The notes under the pieces are model-generated. The model was given only the letters and a program-made list of their open reading frames with translations, was not told the origin of the DNA and searched no databases. From Rhodosorus marinus CCMP1338 (Eukaryota; Plantae; Rhodophyta), in contig JAMWBK010000006.1 in NCBI GenBank assembly GCA_029953675.1, positions 186,001 through 250,000 on the forward strand: a stretch of DNA of 64,000 bases, read 5' to 3'. Position numbers and translations under genes: made by a program. How positions within the stretch are numbered: the first letter of the stretch is position 1; each line of letters begins with the position of its first letter. Positions 1 to 11,627 of this stretch are shown in pieces.

Positions 1-659
1 AAATATTAGCAATATAATTTAAGTACTGGTATTGTTGAGTATCTACTAACCCCTTCCCGGTAGTGGTACTAAAATCGTTAATTAATGGAGTCCCGGCTAG
101 GGGTGAAATCTACGGGACGTGGACATGGACTTTTTTTGGGTTCTGCGGTAAACAGCACCTGGGCAAAAAGCTAAGTGCGTTTGTATGATCCCCTGGAGGA
201 CAAGTAAACAATCGACGGACTCCTTATTTTTAAAATAAGAATTGGGTGATTCTGGTGTTGATCTTTTGCTGAGGAGGGGTGAGTGAGCAGAGATCTTATG
301 ATGACGAAAAAAATCGCGGGTGCGGGTGGGGTTGGCAATGCGCATGTCCATGCGTTTGATTGGATGGAAAGGTCGTAGAATCAGAGGGCTTGAGCGCGAA
401 GCTGCGTTTTTGTTAGTATTTTGGAAAGGGGTAATTGAAGCGCAGGATTGTAGTGAGGGAATATTAGACTCAAAGCATCGCTCTTCCAGCTGGCGGAGAG
501 GCTCGTAGGCAGGCCGTGGTCTGGGTCATAGGCTTTCGAGTTGACTACGATGGAATGGGGGAGTTGATAGCAGACCGGAAGAGGGATCCATCGTTTGGTT
601 TTTGAGCGAATTTACGTTTGTGCCGGTGTTCCGGGGGGGTTGAACGCTCGTTGTCAATA

Positions 660-1838
660 ATGACTGTATATAAGGAGCGGAAGTGGGGCTCCTGGAGGGC
701 ATTGGACGGAGTTTGGTTTAGGGTATGCATCCTTGGGTTATTGATGATGCTTTACGTCTGGAAGCCGCACAAGATAATAGGTGGAATCGTCTTTAGAGTG
801 GCGACCGGACCAGAGCTGACTTTGACGAAGGAAGGGAGGGAGCAGATACTGAACAGCAACATCTATCCCCCAAATTTTCCAGATGAAGAGAGAAGGTCCC
901 CTAGAATAGAGACGATGGACGGGGTGACTTGTCGGATCCCCAAAATATTGCACCAAACCTACAAAACCAAAGACGCTGATAAGTGGCCCGTGAGGGAGTG
1001 GGTCCGGTATAGAGACTCATGGCGGAACAACCACCCGGCTTCCGAAGGATGGAGCATGAAGCTCTGGACGGATGAGGACAACTTGGAACTCGTAACTAAG
1101 TACTACCCTGAGTACCTGGACCTTTACAAAGCGATTAAGCTAGGAGTCTCACGGGCAGATTTTGCTAGAATGCTGTACATGCACCTCCATGGTGGAATTT
1201 ACGCGGATATGGACGTGGCCTCTGCGGAGCCGCTGGAAGTGTTCTTTAATGAAAGTTACGAGGCATGCGTGGATGCAGGAGTAATCATGGGCCACATGGG
1301 GGAAGAGGATGGGTCTGATTCGATTCCCAATGCTTTCATTATGAGCGAACCGGGCCATCCGCTATGGAGGTACTGTATCGAAAGTGCTCCTACGTCTGCG
1401 ATCACGGTGGAGGCGAGGTACGGGCCAACGCATATTAAACGATGTGTCAAGGCTTTCACCGACAACCCTGTCAACGAAGGGACAAGGATTAGTGGCGGCC
1501 TCCTCAACGAAGGGTCGGAGAAGGGTGGGGCCGTGTTCTTAGCATCAACGGTCTACTTCTACCCTTATAGCTGGGCGAATTTGGGCATGCTGCCATTCTG
1601 TGATGACTATCGGTTTGCCCTCGGAAAGGAGGACTATGTTGACGACGACCTCAGGGGCAAGTGCGAGAGCGAGTTGAAGGAGTTTGCCGACCACTCAGTT
1701 GTCTCCGCCGCTCGCACTGCTCCGATTACGTATACAATGTGGTGTCACTCTTGGGGACAGTTTTTCGAGAGAAACAAGGTGACCTACAAGATTGCTAAGT
1801 TGTTACGGGCCATTCACCCTCGCCTTGCACACTTCTAG
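660..1838 (+). CDS. Glycosyltransferase family 32 (OCH1/SUR1-like, DxD mannosyltransferase-type), type II membrane protein
   Basis: Intronless ORF (track 618-1838; first ATG 660). N-terminal hydrophobic anchor VCILGLLMMLYVW, then IPKILHQTYK, W..LWTDED, RADFARMLYMHLHGGIYADMDV (DxD) and NAFIMSEPGHPLW, all typical of GT32. Confidence 0.9.
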   Translation: MTVYKERKWGSWRALDGVWFRVCILGLLMMLYVWKPHKIIGGIVFRVATGPELTLTKEGREQILNSNIYPPNFPDEERRSPRIETMDGVTCRIPKILHQTYKTKDADKWPVREWVRYRDSWRNNHPASEGWSMKLWTDEDNLELVTKYYPEYLDLYKAIKLGVSRADFARMLYMHLHGGIYADMDVASAEPLEVFFNESYEACVDAGVIMGHMGEEDGSDSIPNAFIMSEPGHPLWRYCIESAPTSAITVEARYGPTHIKRCVKAFTDNPVNEGTRISGGLLNEGSEKGGAVFLASTVYFYPYSWANLGMLPFCDDYRFALGKEDYVDDDLRGKCESELKEFADHSVVSAARTAPITYTMWCHSWGQFFERNKVTYKIAKLLRAIHPRLAHF

Positions 1839-3689
1839 CCCTTGATGGAAGGCAGTTCGTTGTTGCCCACAGAACTACTTCCCGAAGTCTTTTTGCGATA
1901 AGCCGGGAAGCAATAGAAGCTACTCCAGCGAGGACTGAGCTGAATACCACTCAGTACGGGTTACTGACTATACGAACGCCAGCAATTACGCTTGCTACTG
2001 TTTTTGTCGGAGGTAGCTGCGCTGGCGTGCGTTCCACGAGTTACTAGCCGGCTTTGCTGAGAGCGGTTTCAGTACCCCAGCACTGCTAATCTAGCTATTT
2101 ACAATTTTTATTCGCGGTTTTGCCACTGCTAAGAATAGACGATCAGCGAATTATTAAAACGGCCAAGTCAAGCTGGTACTCTCTACATTTTCCAACTCAA
2201 AAGCGGACACACATACACGAACCAATTGACAACCAACAGCGCCCACCGACAGCCTCTTCCCACAACTCAAAATTAGGGACCAACCCCTACCATTTGCCGT
2301 GAATACTAAAAAGGAGCTACAAACAAGTCTAGACCACGACAGCCAACTTAAAAATTTCCCCAATTCACCCTCCTCACAAGTACTCGAAAAATCGATATTT
2401 TACAACCACCGCATTCCGTCAGTCAAAACTACTCCGAAAAGACAAAAACCTCAGACCCGTCTTTACCCGAAAGGACCGTCCCTTGGGGGTGGATATCCCA
2501 ATATGTTATATGTTGTGGTAATTTCGATCTCTGCAAAATCTCTGAAGATTGTAATTTTATTTCTAAAACTCTCAGATTTTGTTTGTTTGTCGAGTTCCGA
2601 TAAATAGTTTGGTTACAGAAAGGTGGGGGGGGGGTTTTAGGGCAGGGGCGAGGAGGGGGGGAAAGGGTTGCAAAAACTATTGTGGGTAACGAAAGTGTTT
2701 TTTTTACGCATCGTTCGCTGCGGAGTGGATTCTGCTTTGCTACATATACTGAAACGCTAATTTCAATAAAAAACATATTAGTGCAAAAGTCTATTTTCAT
2801 TCAAAAATTGAAGGAAAACGGGACAGAGAGGCCTGACAACAAACAAGAGTCTTTTTCGGCAAATTTAGAATATGGAGGCGCGGCGAAGAAGCGAACAAAC
2901 AGAAAAGAAAAACTCTTTTGGGTTCAGAATAATGATATTATTGGTGAGGAACGGAAGTTGTTTTCTTTGTTTATTCAGTGTATGTGATGGATTAAGTCGG
3001 AAAAACTCTTTTTTTTAATGAGATGGATTGTTGCTCGTTCGTGCGATCAATTGTGGGAAGGGGAATTTTGATGAAAGCGCACTGAGCTTCAACGGCCGAT
3101 CCCTGAAGCGGGCAGGGGTGGCAACGTGACAAGACTTCCACAACTCGAGGGTCACGCGAAAGCTATCCAACCATTTTTTTTTGGCCAGGGTGACTATGTG
3201 TGTTTGGATCAGCCGATGCAGAAGCTGAGTATCCACCGTCTGGGGTGGTTTCACTGCTTCGCGTGAATGTGAGTCAAAAGAAACGATCACTACTCCCCAG
3301 TTCCTGAAGTTGTCTTTTCCATCTACTAAAGAGCCTGCCGTACCAGCTGTGATAAGCGGACAGAGTCCAGCTGTTTTTGCCCACCGCTGATTGTGCTCCA
3401 GGTAAAAGTCTCGAGATCGACAAGAAACATTCCAGGAACACGCCATTATCCAAAAGATCACTTCAAGAGAGTTTGGTAACCTTCTTTTCGATCTGACCTT
3501 GAGACGTCCCAAGTCCTGAGACAGGTTTAACACGCTACTTGGCCCAAATAAGCACCAAAATGTGTTTCTTTAGCGTAGCTGCCGGGCAACTAGAGATTAT
3601 ACGTACACATAAATAAGTAATAAGCACAGTAATCATATTCTTAGCTTGTTAGTTGTGAACAATTTACAACATCCGATGAAGAGCCCGCT

Positions 3690-4308
3690 TCACATGGGCT
3701 GGTTCAGCTCTGAGAGAATCCTGTTGAGTTCCTCCTGGAGCGCTTCGTTTGCCTTCCGTTTCTCCTCGTTCTCGGTCTGGTATTTGTTATTCTCCTCCTC
3801 CATCAAGTTGATTTTCCTCTGCAATGAGCGCAATATGAAAGAGGGTATCTCAACCTGTCAAAACACAAGGCCGCGTGTGGGGAACTCGCAAAAAAATTGT
3901 CTGCTCACCTTCTGCTCCTCGTTCCACTGACGAGCTCGTACCCTCTTTTTTATTTTCCTATTGTACTCCCTTTCCGATCTCTCCTCTTCGGTAAGGTTTA
4001 ACGGCTTCCTGCCCCTTTTCTTCTTGGCTTTGTCTCTGTCCGACGTGCCTTCCGCTGTCGATGGTGCATCGGAAACGTTTCCGACAGCAGTCGACGGTCC
4101 AGGTTCAGGCGCCCGTTCCTCATGAGTACGTTCTGCGAGTTGTTTGGACGTCAATTCAGGTTGGGTTTCCGTCTAGACTATTCCAGCCTTGGGCCAGACC
4201 CCAAGCATGTTGTCGTTTGCGAGTCGACCTACCTGCAGCCTCTGTTCGCGAGGAAGCGCGCGAGGGATTCAACAAATACCTCAAATCCGCCTTATTTTTC
4301 TCAGACAT
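3690..4308 (-). CDS. Small bZIP-like (basic region plus coiled-coil) transcription factor, 3 exons
   Basis: Hand splice: MSEKNKADLRYLLNPSRASSRTEAA, GTAGG...CGCAG intron, ERTHEE...KKKRGRKPLNLTEEERSEREYNRKIKKRVRARQWNEEQK, GTGAG...TTGCAG intron, RKINLMEENNKYQTENEEKRKANEALQEELNRILSELNQPM*. Basic region followed by a heptad coiled coil. Confidence 0.6.
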
Positions 4309-4980
4309 ATCATCTCACCTACTCCCCCGCACATGTTCTACATGCTCAAAAAGCAACCTAGAACACGGATTCAGGACCAGACTGGCGACTCCCATCGCTC
4401 ATTTTCACTGCACCAAAGCATCCAAAACCCCTTTCCCCCACCACGATCGCAAGTCAATGCAGCACACAAGCAAAACTCGCTTCTAATAATCTGTCCCCCA
4501 ACCCCACTACAGATTCCAAACCCACATTCAGAAAAGAGTAACCGCACCCTCCAACCACGATAGCAAAACAAAGAGCTTGGGACTGACAACAACTTCCAAC
4601 TCAAACTAACAACTAAGCCAGTCCAAACGATTCGATCTCGCATCCATGCTCAGTCGTAATCCTCCCGCACACCTTTGTCCCACAACAAAACCTCCTCACA
4701 CTATTATCCGTATTGCTTTCAACCAGAAGCAAGCGAACTCCTAATGATTAAAACTGGATAGTAAATGTGAGAGGCCCTACTGGTTTACTTCGATTTTTTC
4801 CACAAATCAAATTAAAAAAGGGATGTTCACTACCCAAACGTTTGATAACCATTTCCCCAGCTTTCAAACTCCACCCCTCTTCCCCCTCAAAACAGGCCAC
4901 CCTTTTGCTTCTTTTTGCCCTTTTTTCATTCTTCCGCTCTCCGTCTGGGCTTGCATTCGCCCTTTTAGGGGCTCACACAA

Positions 4981-5010
4981 CATACACACACACACACATA
5001 CACACACACA
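4981..5010 (+). repeat. (CA)n microsatellite, interrupted
   Basis: catacacacacacacacatacacacacaca seen directly. Confidence 0.9.
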
Positions 5011-8000
5011 AAAAAACAGACGAATGAGACAAACACAAGTTGCGGCACCTACCTACCATGGTTTCCGGACAAAATGCTAATCTTCGGGGGGAAATAAACG
5101 TGTGCAGACCGATAAGGCAAGTTCAGTTCAACAGCTCCGCCGTTTGAGTAGCGAAAAAGACGGTTCGTGCTTGCTAGTAATCAAGAGGACTGAGAGGCGG
5201 CAACCCCTTCCCTAGTCTAGGCTCTCTGAAAAGGGAAGCGAGCGAAAGACGAATGTTGCGGAAGAAAAAAATAGCTCTTTTGAGGCATGCATCATTTGAT
5301 CTAAATGATTGGTTGGAATGTTCCCGTAAAGGGATTTTTTCCCCCAACTGGCAATGGCGAGGACCTAGAAAATTCGAAGAAAACAGAGGTTGTTCGGGTC
5401 TTTTCGAACTTTTTGTAATATCGAAAAGAAACAGATTTCTTTCTAAAAAGAACGAAAATATTGGAATAGATATTATCGTCTTCACCTAATAAAATAGAGA
5501 ACGCCATGAGGGTCAGAAAATACTAACTAAATATTCCAAATCGCTGATTTCCAACTGAAAAGGGCTGAAAATGAACCCCCCTTATCGGCTTCCAAAAATC
5601 GTTTTGACTTTATTTTTGGATGGAGCATGGCTGGGATAATCCGTTTCCTACCACACTAAACTTTTTTTAATAACGAATCATCAACTCAATGTGTTTTCTT
5701 CTTTTATTGAACAATTTTCGGTGAGGTTCATACTCGGCTGAGGCTTTCGGTTTTGTGGTGCGTCTTCTCTGGGACACGCCAGAATATGAATCCCCTGCTT
5801 CGCTCGAAAACGCCATTTCGCAAGAAACACTTCCCTTTTTTTTCTTGCTAGGGGCGTCTCATTAGTGGTTCTCTTTCCTAATCGTCTTCTTTTTTTTGTT
5901 GGGATCGGCATCATTTTTGTATGTATTGTTCGCTTCCGGCGAATATAAACTGGCGGCTACCCCTAGGATAGTGTGCGCCGGAAAGGAGAATATTGGGTTT
6001 AGTCAATTATTAGGAGGGGATATCAAATTTTGACCTGAAGACGTTGCTCCTCCTTTTGAAATGGACGACAAACTTTCCCCTAACGCACCTCTCCCGGACA
6101 GCTAGGTTCTCCTTTATTTTTAGATGATGTCCTTTTTCCCTTGAAATATCTCAAACCATTCTATAGAAAGGGACTTCGGAAAAGGAAGTTTTTGGATAGC
6201 CTATCAAAATAAGAAAAGAGCTCCATTCTGGGTTATAAATTTTCTAAAACTCAACATGAGCACAACAAAGTGAATTGTCGGAATATTAGCAAATTGAATA
6301 TTTTTAGGAGATGTTCTGCACGGATTGGCCAGTGCTCATACCGCTACTACTCAGTAATTGGTTCACTCCCCATCTCTCACTCCTCATCAAATACGCCTTG
6401 GTTCTCATACTTGGCGGAGAAATCATTTTGACAAATCTAAGCCGCCAGGCAGCTTTTGCGCGGAACAAAAATATTTGTAAAACTCCCTCCTGCTCAAGCA
6501 CAACACAACAGAACAACTATCGGCTAAAAGACAAGACAAAAGAATTGACAAAGGGCCGCTCGATAGAAATACGCAAACGAGCGTAAAATTGGCTCAGGAT
6601 TTTTCCAAACCATCTACTACAGGGCCGGTTCCGCTCAGTATATGACATTTTGAGCTTCAACCCGTTTCACGTCATATAAAAGGAGAGCCCGGTAACTTAT
6701 TCCTTCTAAACAAACAGTTTATCAATCAATTTAGAACGACTTATACATGGATTTGTTGATATTGCTGTAATGCGTAATTTTCTTGTGGTCCGACAGAAGG
6801 CGCAGAGGGGGGTTGGAGAAGGGTTGAGTCCATGGGAATCCCATGAATCAATTTTGAGATTTTTTTGTGGTCTAATCATTATCCTTTATTTCTTAAGTTT
6901 TCACAGGGCTCCACCGTTGTGCAAATTTCCAGGCTCCGTCAAAATGGAACATTAGGTATTAATAGGAAAAATCGATTTTTCGTCTGTAGTAATGGGACGG
7001 ATTTTTGAAAAAATCGAGAGGGGTGGACGAAAGTAGAACAGAAAGGGATATATGGGACTGTCGTGTGGACGCGATCAAGATCGATCAGCGGCGGTGGTGC
7101 TGGGGATGGGGCTGTAAGTTAAAATTCGTTTTTCTCTGATGCATTGTAAGTCATTTCGACAGCATGGAAGATTTCGATTCATGAATCAGCTCGTGCTCAA
7201 CATTGCACAATAGGCATCCGCTGGCTTTGGTTTTGTCAGCTCCCCTAATCGTTTCCCATCTCTTTTTTGGTTGTGCAAAAGTCGTGTCAGAGGCACAGTA
7301 GCGATGCGCAGGTGAGTGCCGTACCTGCACATGCCATTCATCACCTCGTCATTGTCATCATCGTTATGCTTGGGCAAGCATAGCATTACGGCTACCCCAA
7401 TCCACGATCGGACCAGCAATCTCCGTCAGTGTTATGGGTGCCAGTCAGCTCATAACAGCAGGATATGCAATTGTTGGCAATTGGTCAATGACCGCCTGTA
7501 TCACGTGTCAATATCCGCTCCCCCACGTGGATCACCTATAGACTTTCTCATGGCTACCGAGCTCAGTGGAACTTCACTCGCGACATGAATCCGTTGAGGT
7601 TGAGCGGCGGAAGCCCACTAGGAAGAGCTCGGGAAGCTTTTACCTCACACTGCTCGAATAACGTAGAGTTAGTTCGACAAATGTCGTGCAGGCTCTTGGT
7701 ACAAGGCTTGTCAGGCCTTGCCTAGCGGGCTCTTAAAAGACAACTGGGGCACAGGAGTTGGGGCTCTGTCATAGAATGGGAGGTTAACCTTTCGAAGAGA
7801 AAAAATGACTTTGCTGCACGCCAAAGATTCCCTGGACACTTTGATAGGTCAGCTCTCAAATAGAAAGCCTCCCACTTCTTCTTTCTTGTTTCCAAGCGTT
7901 GAAACTTTTTCCACAAAAAGGACCCACGCCGCCCCCGGTGGGCTTGCTGGAAACAAGAATCACGATTGATTGGTTGTGTACACGTAGACTGAGCCAGCCG

Positions 8001-9062
8001 CAAACCTCTAACGAGAAGTCCCGGCAAGAATCTCAAGCAATGTATGCTTCAAAAACGTGCCTTGCACCATTCGTACTGCACCGCACTTTGCAAAGCACGA
8101 GTTTCTAGTCCGAGTTGGGAACTGGCGCGTTTTGCTCATCGGAAAGATGCGAGTGTCCTAGCACGGGTTGACTGCGTCGAAGTATCCAATCCATGTGCGC
8201 TTGCCCTTCATCGTGAGAATGTTTTTGTATCATGTTTGTCAAGGTACGCATGTTCTCTTTTCTCAATCTCGGCTGAACGACTCGCCTTTCAATCGGAAGT
8301 ACGAAAAACCTCCCCCTCCGACCTTTCAGACCAACGACGTCGTGGACCTCCCTCCTACCAATTACCCCATTCACATCTCAACAGCTGTGGATTGTGTCAA
8401 GTACGATTTTAATTACCCGTTATGCCAGGCATGCATCGCTAGACACCTACCTCTCACTGACTCCCTGTGCCCTCACTGTCCCCGGACTGCTCAAGCTGTG
8501 CAAAGGCAAAAAAACCATTTTGCCAGAAAAAATAAAACGTCAATCATTATTGGTCAATCAATACTGTCCAACTATCTCTTCTTCAGTGCCTTGAAACCAG
8601 ATTTCCGAATTTAGCGATTTGGTCCTATGGATTTTACTCTAATTCAATTCAGAAGCACCGGATACATCAAAACCACCTGGTCTAATTCAGAATCGCAGGT
8701 TTGCGCGTTTCCTTTGTTTTGTGAATAATTTTATTTGTTTCTAATCGCGCTCTCAGGGTGGGACTTGTATTGTACTACGATAGGCAAATTGAGTGATTCA
8801 TCATTTCTTGTATTCAAACGGGGGCGGCCTCATGCAGGAGGGGTACGATATAAAAAAACCACGAGTATAAAAAAGGTGTTGGAATTGGATCCCAAAAGGC
8901 TAGCTAGTTACCTGTTTTCACTGTACGCATTACGTATCCTTTTAAAGAAAATTGTACACCGTCTGCGGAGTTTAGTGTGGGATGATCAACACTCCGCACG
9001 TTTCAGGGTTATGGACAGATTGTCTTCAAATCAGCATTGGTGTGAGAACCTCCCCAGACGGC

Positions 9063-9240
9063 TGTGTAATCTGTCTATGTTTTAGTGTCAGGCACCTATT
9101 TTAGTGTAAGACGTCAATGTTTTAGTATCCAGTAGTTTCTACTTTACTGTCAGGTATGTTTTAATTTACAGTAACCGAGACTATATAAGGCCTAGTTTTG
9201 CTAGATCTTGAGAATTGAGTAAAGACAAGTTGGTTCAGAG
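9063..9240 (+). mobile_element. Probable 5' LTR (~165 bp) plus tRNA-Met-type PBS of a second, truncated LTR retroelement (host of the gypsy insertion)
   Basis: Starts TGT, contains a TATA-like ctatataagg and ends ...AAAGACA (9227). It is followed by AGT-TGGTTCAGAG, one base short of the canonical PBS TGGTATCAGAG. No second copy of this LTR was found in the window. Confidence 0.45.
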
Positions 9241-9256
9241 AGTTCTAACAATTGGT

Positions 9257-9547
9257 TGACACGTTCTCCACTAACGAATGTCCGTGATCCAAAATAAATT
9301 TAAATTCCCGTTTTGTTCTTATCTTTTATCTATCTTGGATACCCTCCTCTAGCTTCTAATCCTGAGACGGAAGGTCGTAACTTCCGTATTTATAGGCTTC
9401 CGGTTCATGTCCTGGGTTTTCTAGACTACTATTATTAGATCTAGACTTATCTAGTATTAGCCAAAAGTCAGCCATTTAGCTCGACTATTATTAGACCTGT
9501 TTTCGGCTACACGCCTGAAGGCTGACTTGTTCGGTCATGTAGTAACA
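9257..9547 (-). repeat. 3' LTR of gypsy element
   Basis: Direct repeat of 12697-12987, about 20 differences in 291 bp by eye (~93% identity). TG...CA termini; preceded on minus by a purine-rich PPT. Confidence 0.95.
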
Positions 9548-9559
9548 ACTCCTCCGCAC

Positions 9560-11165
9560 TGAAGGAAAGAACTATCTCGTGGAAGAAGAAGCTGCCTTGT
9601 GGAGGTTTGTGTCATACCGGATTTGTTTCTTGGTAATCTGGTTCTGCGGTAGTTGATGGTAGGGTAACCATCTCAAATCGCCCGTTGTCTCGCCTTCAAA
9701 GTAAACGAAGTATTCATTTCAGGTTCTTTTCATCTCGACGATGTCCTAAGAACTGAATTCAACTCGCGCTGTGGTATGTCTGGTTGTAATGCAGGAACTA
9801 CATGCGAACCTTCAGGTTCCGGTCCATTGAACTTCCGTAATAACGAGAAATGAAAAACATCATGTAGTTGAGAATCCCCCGCGAGCTCCAGCTTAGATGC
9901 TACGTTACCAATTTTTCGTAGAATGTTAAACGGTCCGACATATCTGGGCCGAAAAACTTTTGAATCTGGGAGTTTGAAGATTCCGTGTTGACAAGAGCAC
10001 ATATTCGCCTGGTTCAAAGTCAAGGTCTCTTTTGCCTCGGTCATAGTAGAAGCGTTGTCTTTCTTGGGCGTAACGTAGATTGGCGCGGGCCAAGGAGTGT
10101 TGATCCTGTTGGCGGCGTAGGAGGTTTGTGGCTGCTTCCGGTAAAGGGGTTGTCGGGGTATCGTCCGGAATAATGAGATCAGGTAGTAAGGATAGATTTG
10201 CCCCATAAAGTAGGTCAAATGGGGAGAACTGGGGTTACGCTTCCAATATCTGACGATTGTACGCCAGCTCTGCAATCGATAGGTCTTCTGCCCAATTCGT
10301 TGCAGTCAAATTACACCTCAGGTACGTCTCCAGCGTCTGATTGACTCGCTCTGTCTGTCCGTCTGTCTGTGGATGATATGCTGTACTCAAGTTTTGCCTT
10401 ACTTGCAGCATCTTCAACAATTCCCTCCAGAACAGTCCCGTAAATTTTGGATCTCGGTCAGAAAAGATGTCTGTAGGTATACCAGCAAACCTAACCCAAT
10501 GACGTAAGAACAGCTTCGCGGTTTGTTGCGCAGTCGCCGTTGTCGTTGTCGGTAAGAAACGGGCATACTTTGTGAACCGATCGACGATCACGAAGATTGC
10601 GTCGAACCCGTCCTCGGTTAGAGGTAGGGTGACAATGAAATCCATCGATACGGATTGAAATCTCCCGTCTGGAACAGGCAGTGGATTCAACTTTCCCGCT
10701 GAGTGTCGGAGTGGTTTTTGCCTCTGACAAACTTCGCAGGTTCTTAAGAATTTCTCGATATCCTGCTTCAGGGTTGACCAGTAGTAGTTTCTCTTAATCA
10801 GGTTCCGGGTCTTGGTGATCCCAAAATGTCCCCCGTTGGGTTCATTATGGTAACTTTTGAGGAGAGCGGTGACCATGATTTCCGGGACGCATATTCGGTT
10901 ATGCAAATAACAAGGAGTCATTTCGGCGAATGAATCCTTGCTGCCGGTACCGCTCCGGATGCTCAAAGATTTCGCTGAACTCCGGGTCCTGCAGGTACGC
11001 TTGCCCCCACTCTGGATTGGGTACAACTGATACGGCTGTTAATTGTTGTATGGCGTGGCGACATATCGCATCCGCAATATTCTCCTTGCCCTGTTTATAT
11101 TTGATGTTGAACTGAAAGGGCATTAACCGATATAAATATCGGGCTTGTCGCTTCGTAAGCTGTTT
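9560..11165 (-). pseudogene. pol remnant: RNase H C-terminus, integrase (HHCC zinc finger, DDE core, GPF/Y motif), chromodomain; frameshifted
   Basis: KQLTKRQARYLYRLMPFQFNIKYKQGKENIADAICR (RNase H end); HNEPNGGHFG...CEVCQ (HHCC); VSMDFIVTLP, IFSDRDPKFTG, STAYHPQTDGQTERVNQTLE (rve); RYVGPF and HDVFHFSLL; EYFVYFEGETTGDLRWLP (chromodomain). Split over several frames. Confidence 0.95.
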
Positions 11166-11627
11166 AGGAACGTGCTAATCAGCAATTCATCCCTGCGTCC
11201 GTCGTAAGCCTTCGGTTGCGGGGGGGGCCTGGATCTTTATGAGTGACGGCATTCTAACACTGGTTCCTAGGTCTCAGGTGTTCTGGTTTTTTCTGGGTTT
11301 TCTGGTTTTCAGGTATCATCCCGCCTGGGTTTAAGATCATCATCTGGTTGGGGATGTCGACTCGCGCTTGATAGTTGCGTTGGAAGTCTTGTCCCAAGTA
11401 TCCCGGGCTCGCCAAACCCAGAATACAACCCGAAAAGAAACCAGAAAATGAATCAGAAAAAGTTACACCAGGAAAAATTGAAAACGAGAAACCGGATGTG
11501 AAAACCTGAGACCTAGGAACCAGTGTTAGAATGTCGTCACTCATAAAGATCCAGGCCCCGCAACCGAAGGCTTACGACGGACGCAGGGATGCATTGCTGA
11601 CTAGCACGTTCCTAAACAGCTTACGAA
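11152..11627. repeat. Inverted repeat: arms 11152-11279 and 11504-11627 (gag 5' end duplicated head-to-head), 224-bp spacer
   Basis: ttcgtaagctgtttaggaacgtgct...ggttcctaggtctcaggt is the reverse complement of acctgagacctaggaacc...gcacgttcctaaacagcttacgaa, with about 3 substitutions and a G-run indel. Confidence 0.95.

Noticed and set aside
1860-2110. Several 7-8-bp stems after the GT32 stop (cttcccg/cgggaag, acgccagc/gctggcgt) as an ncRNA
   Set aside because: Stems of this size are expected by chance, and no SRP, snRNA, RNase P/MRP or SECIS motif could be matched.
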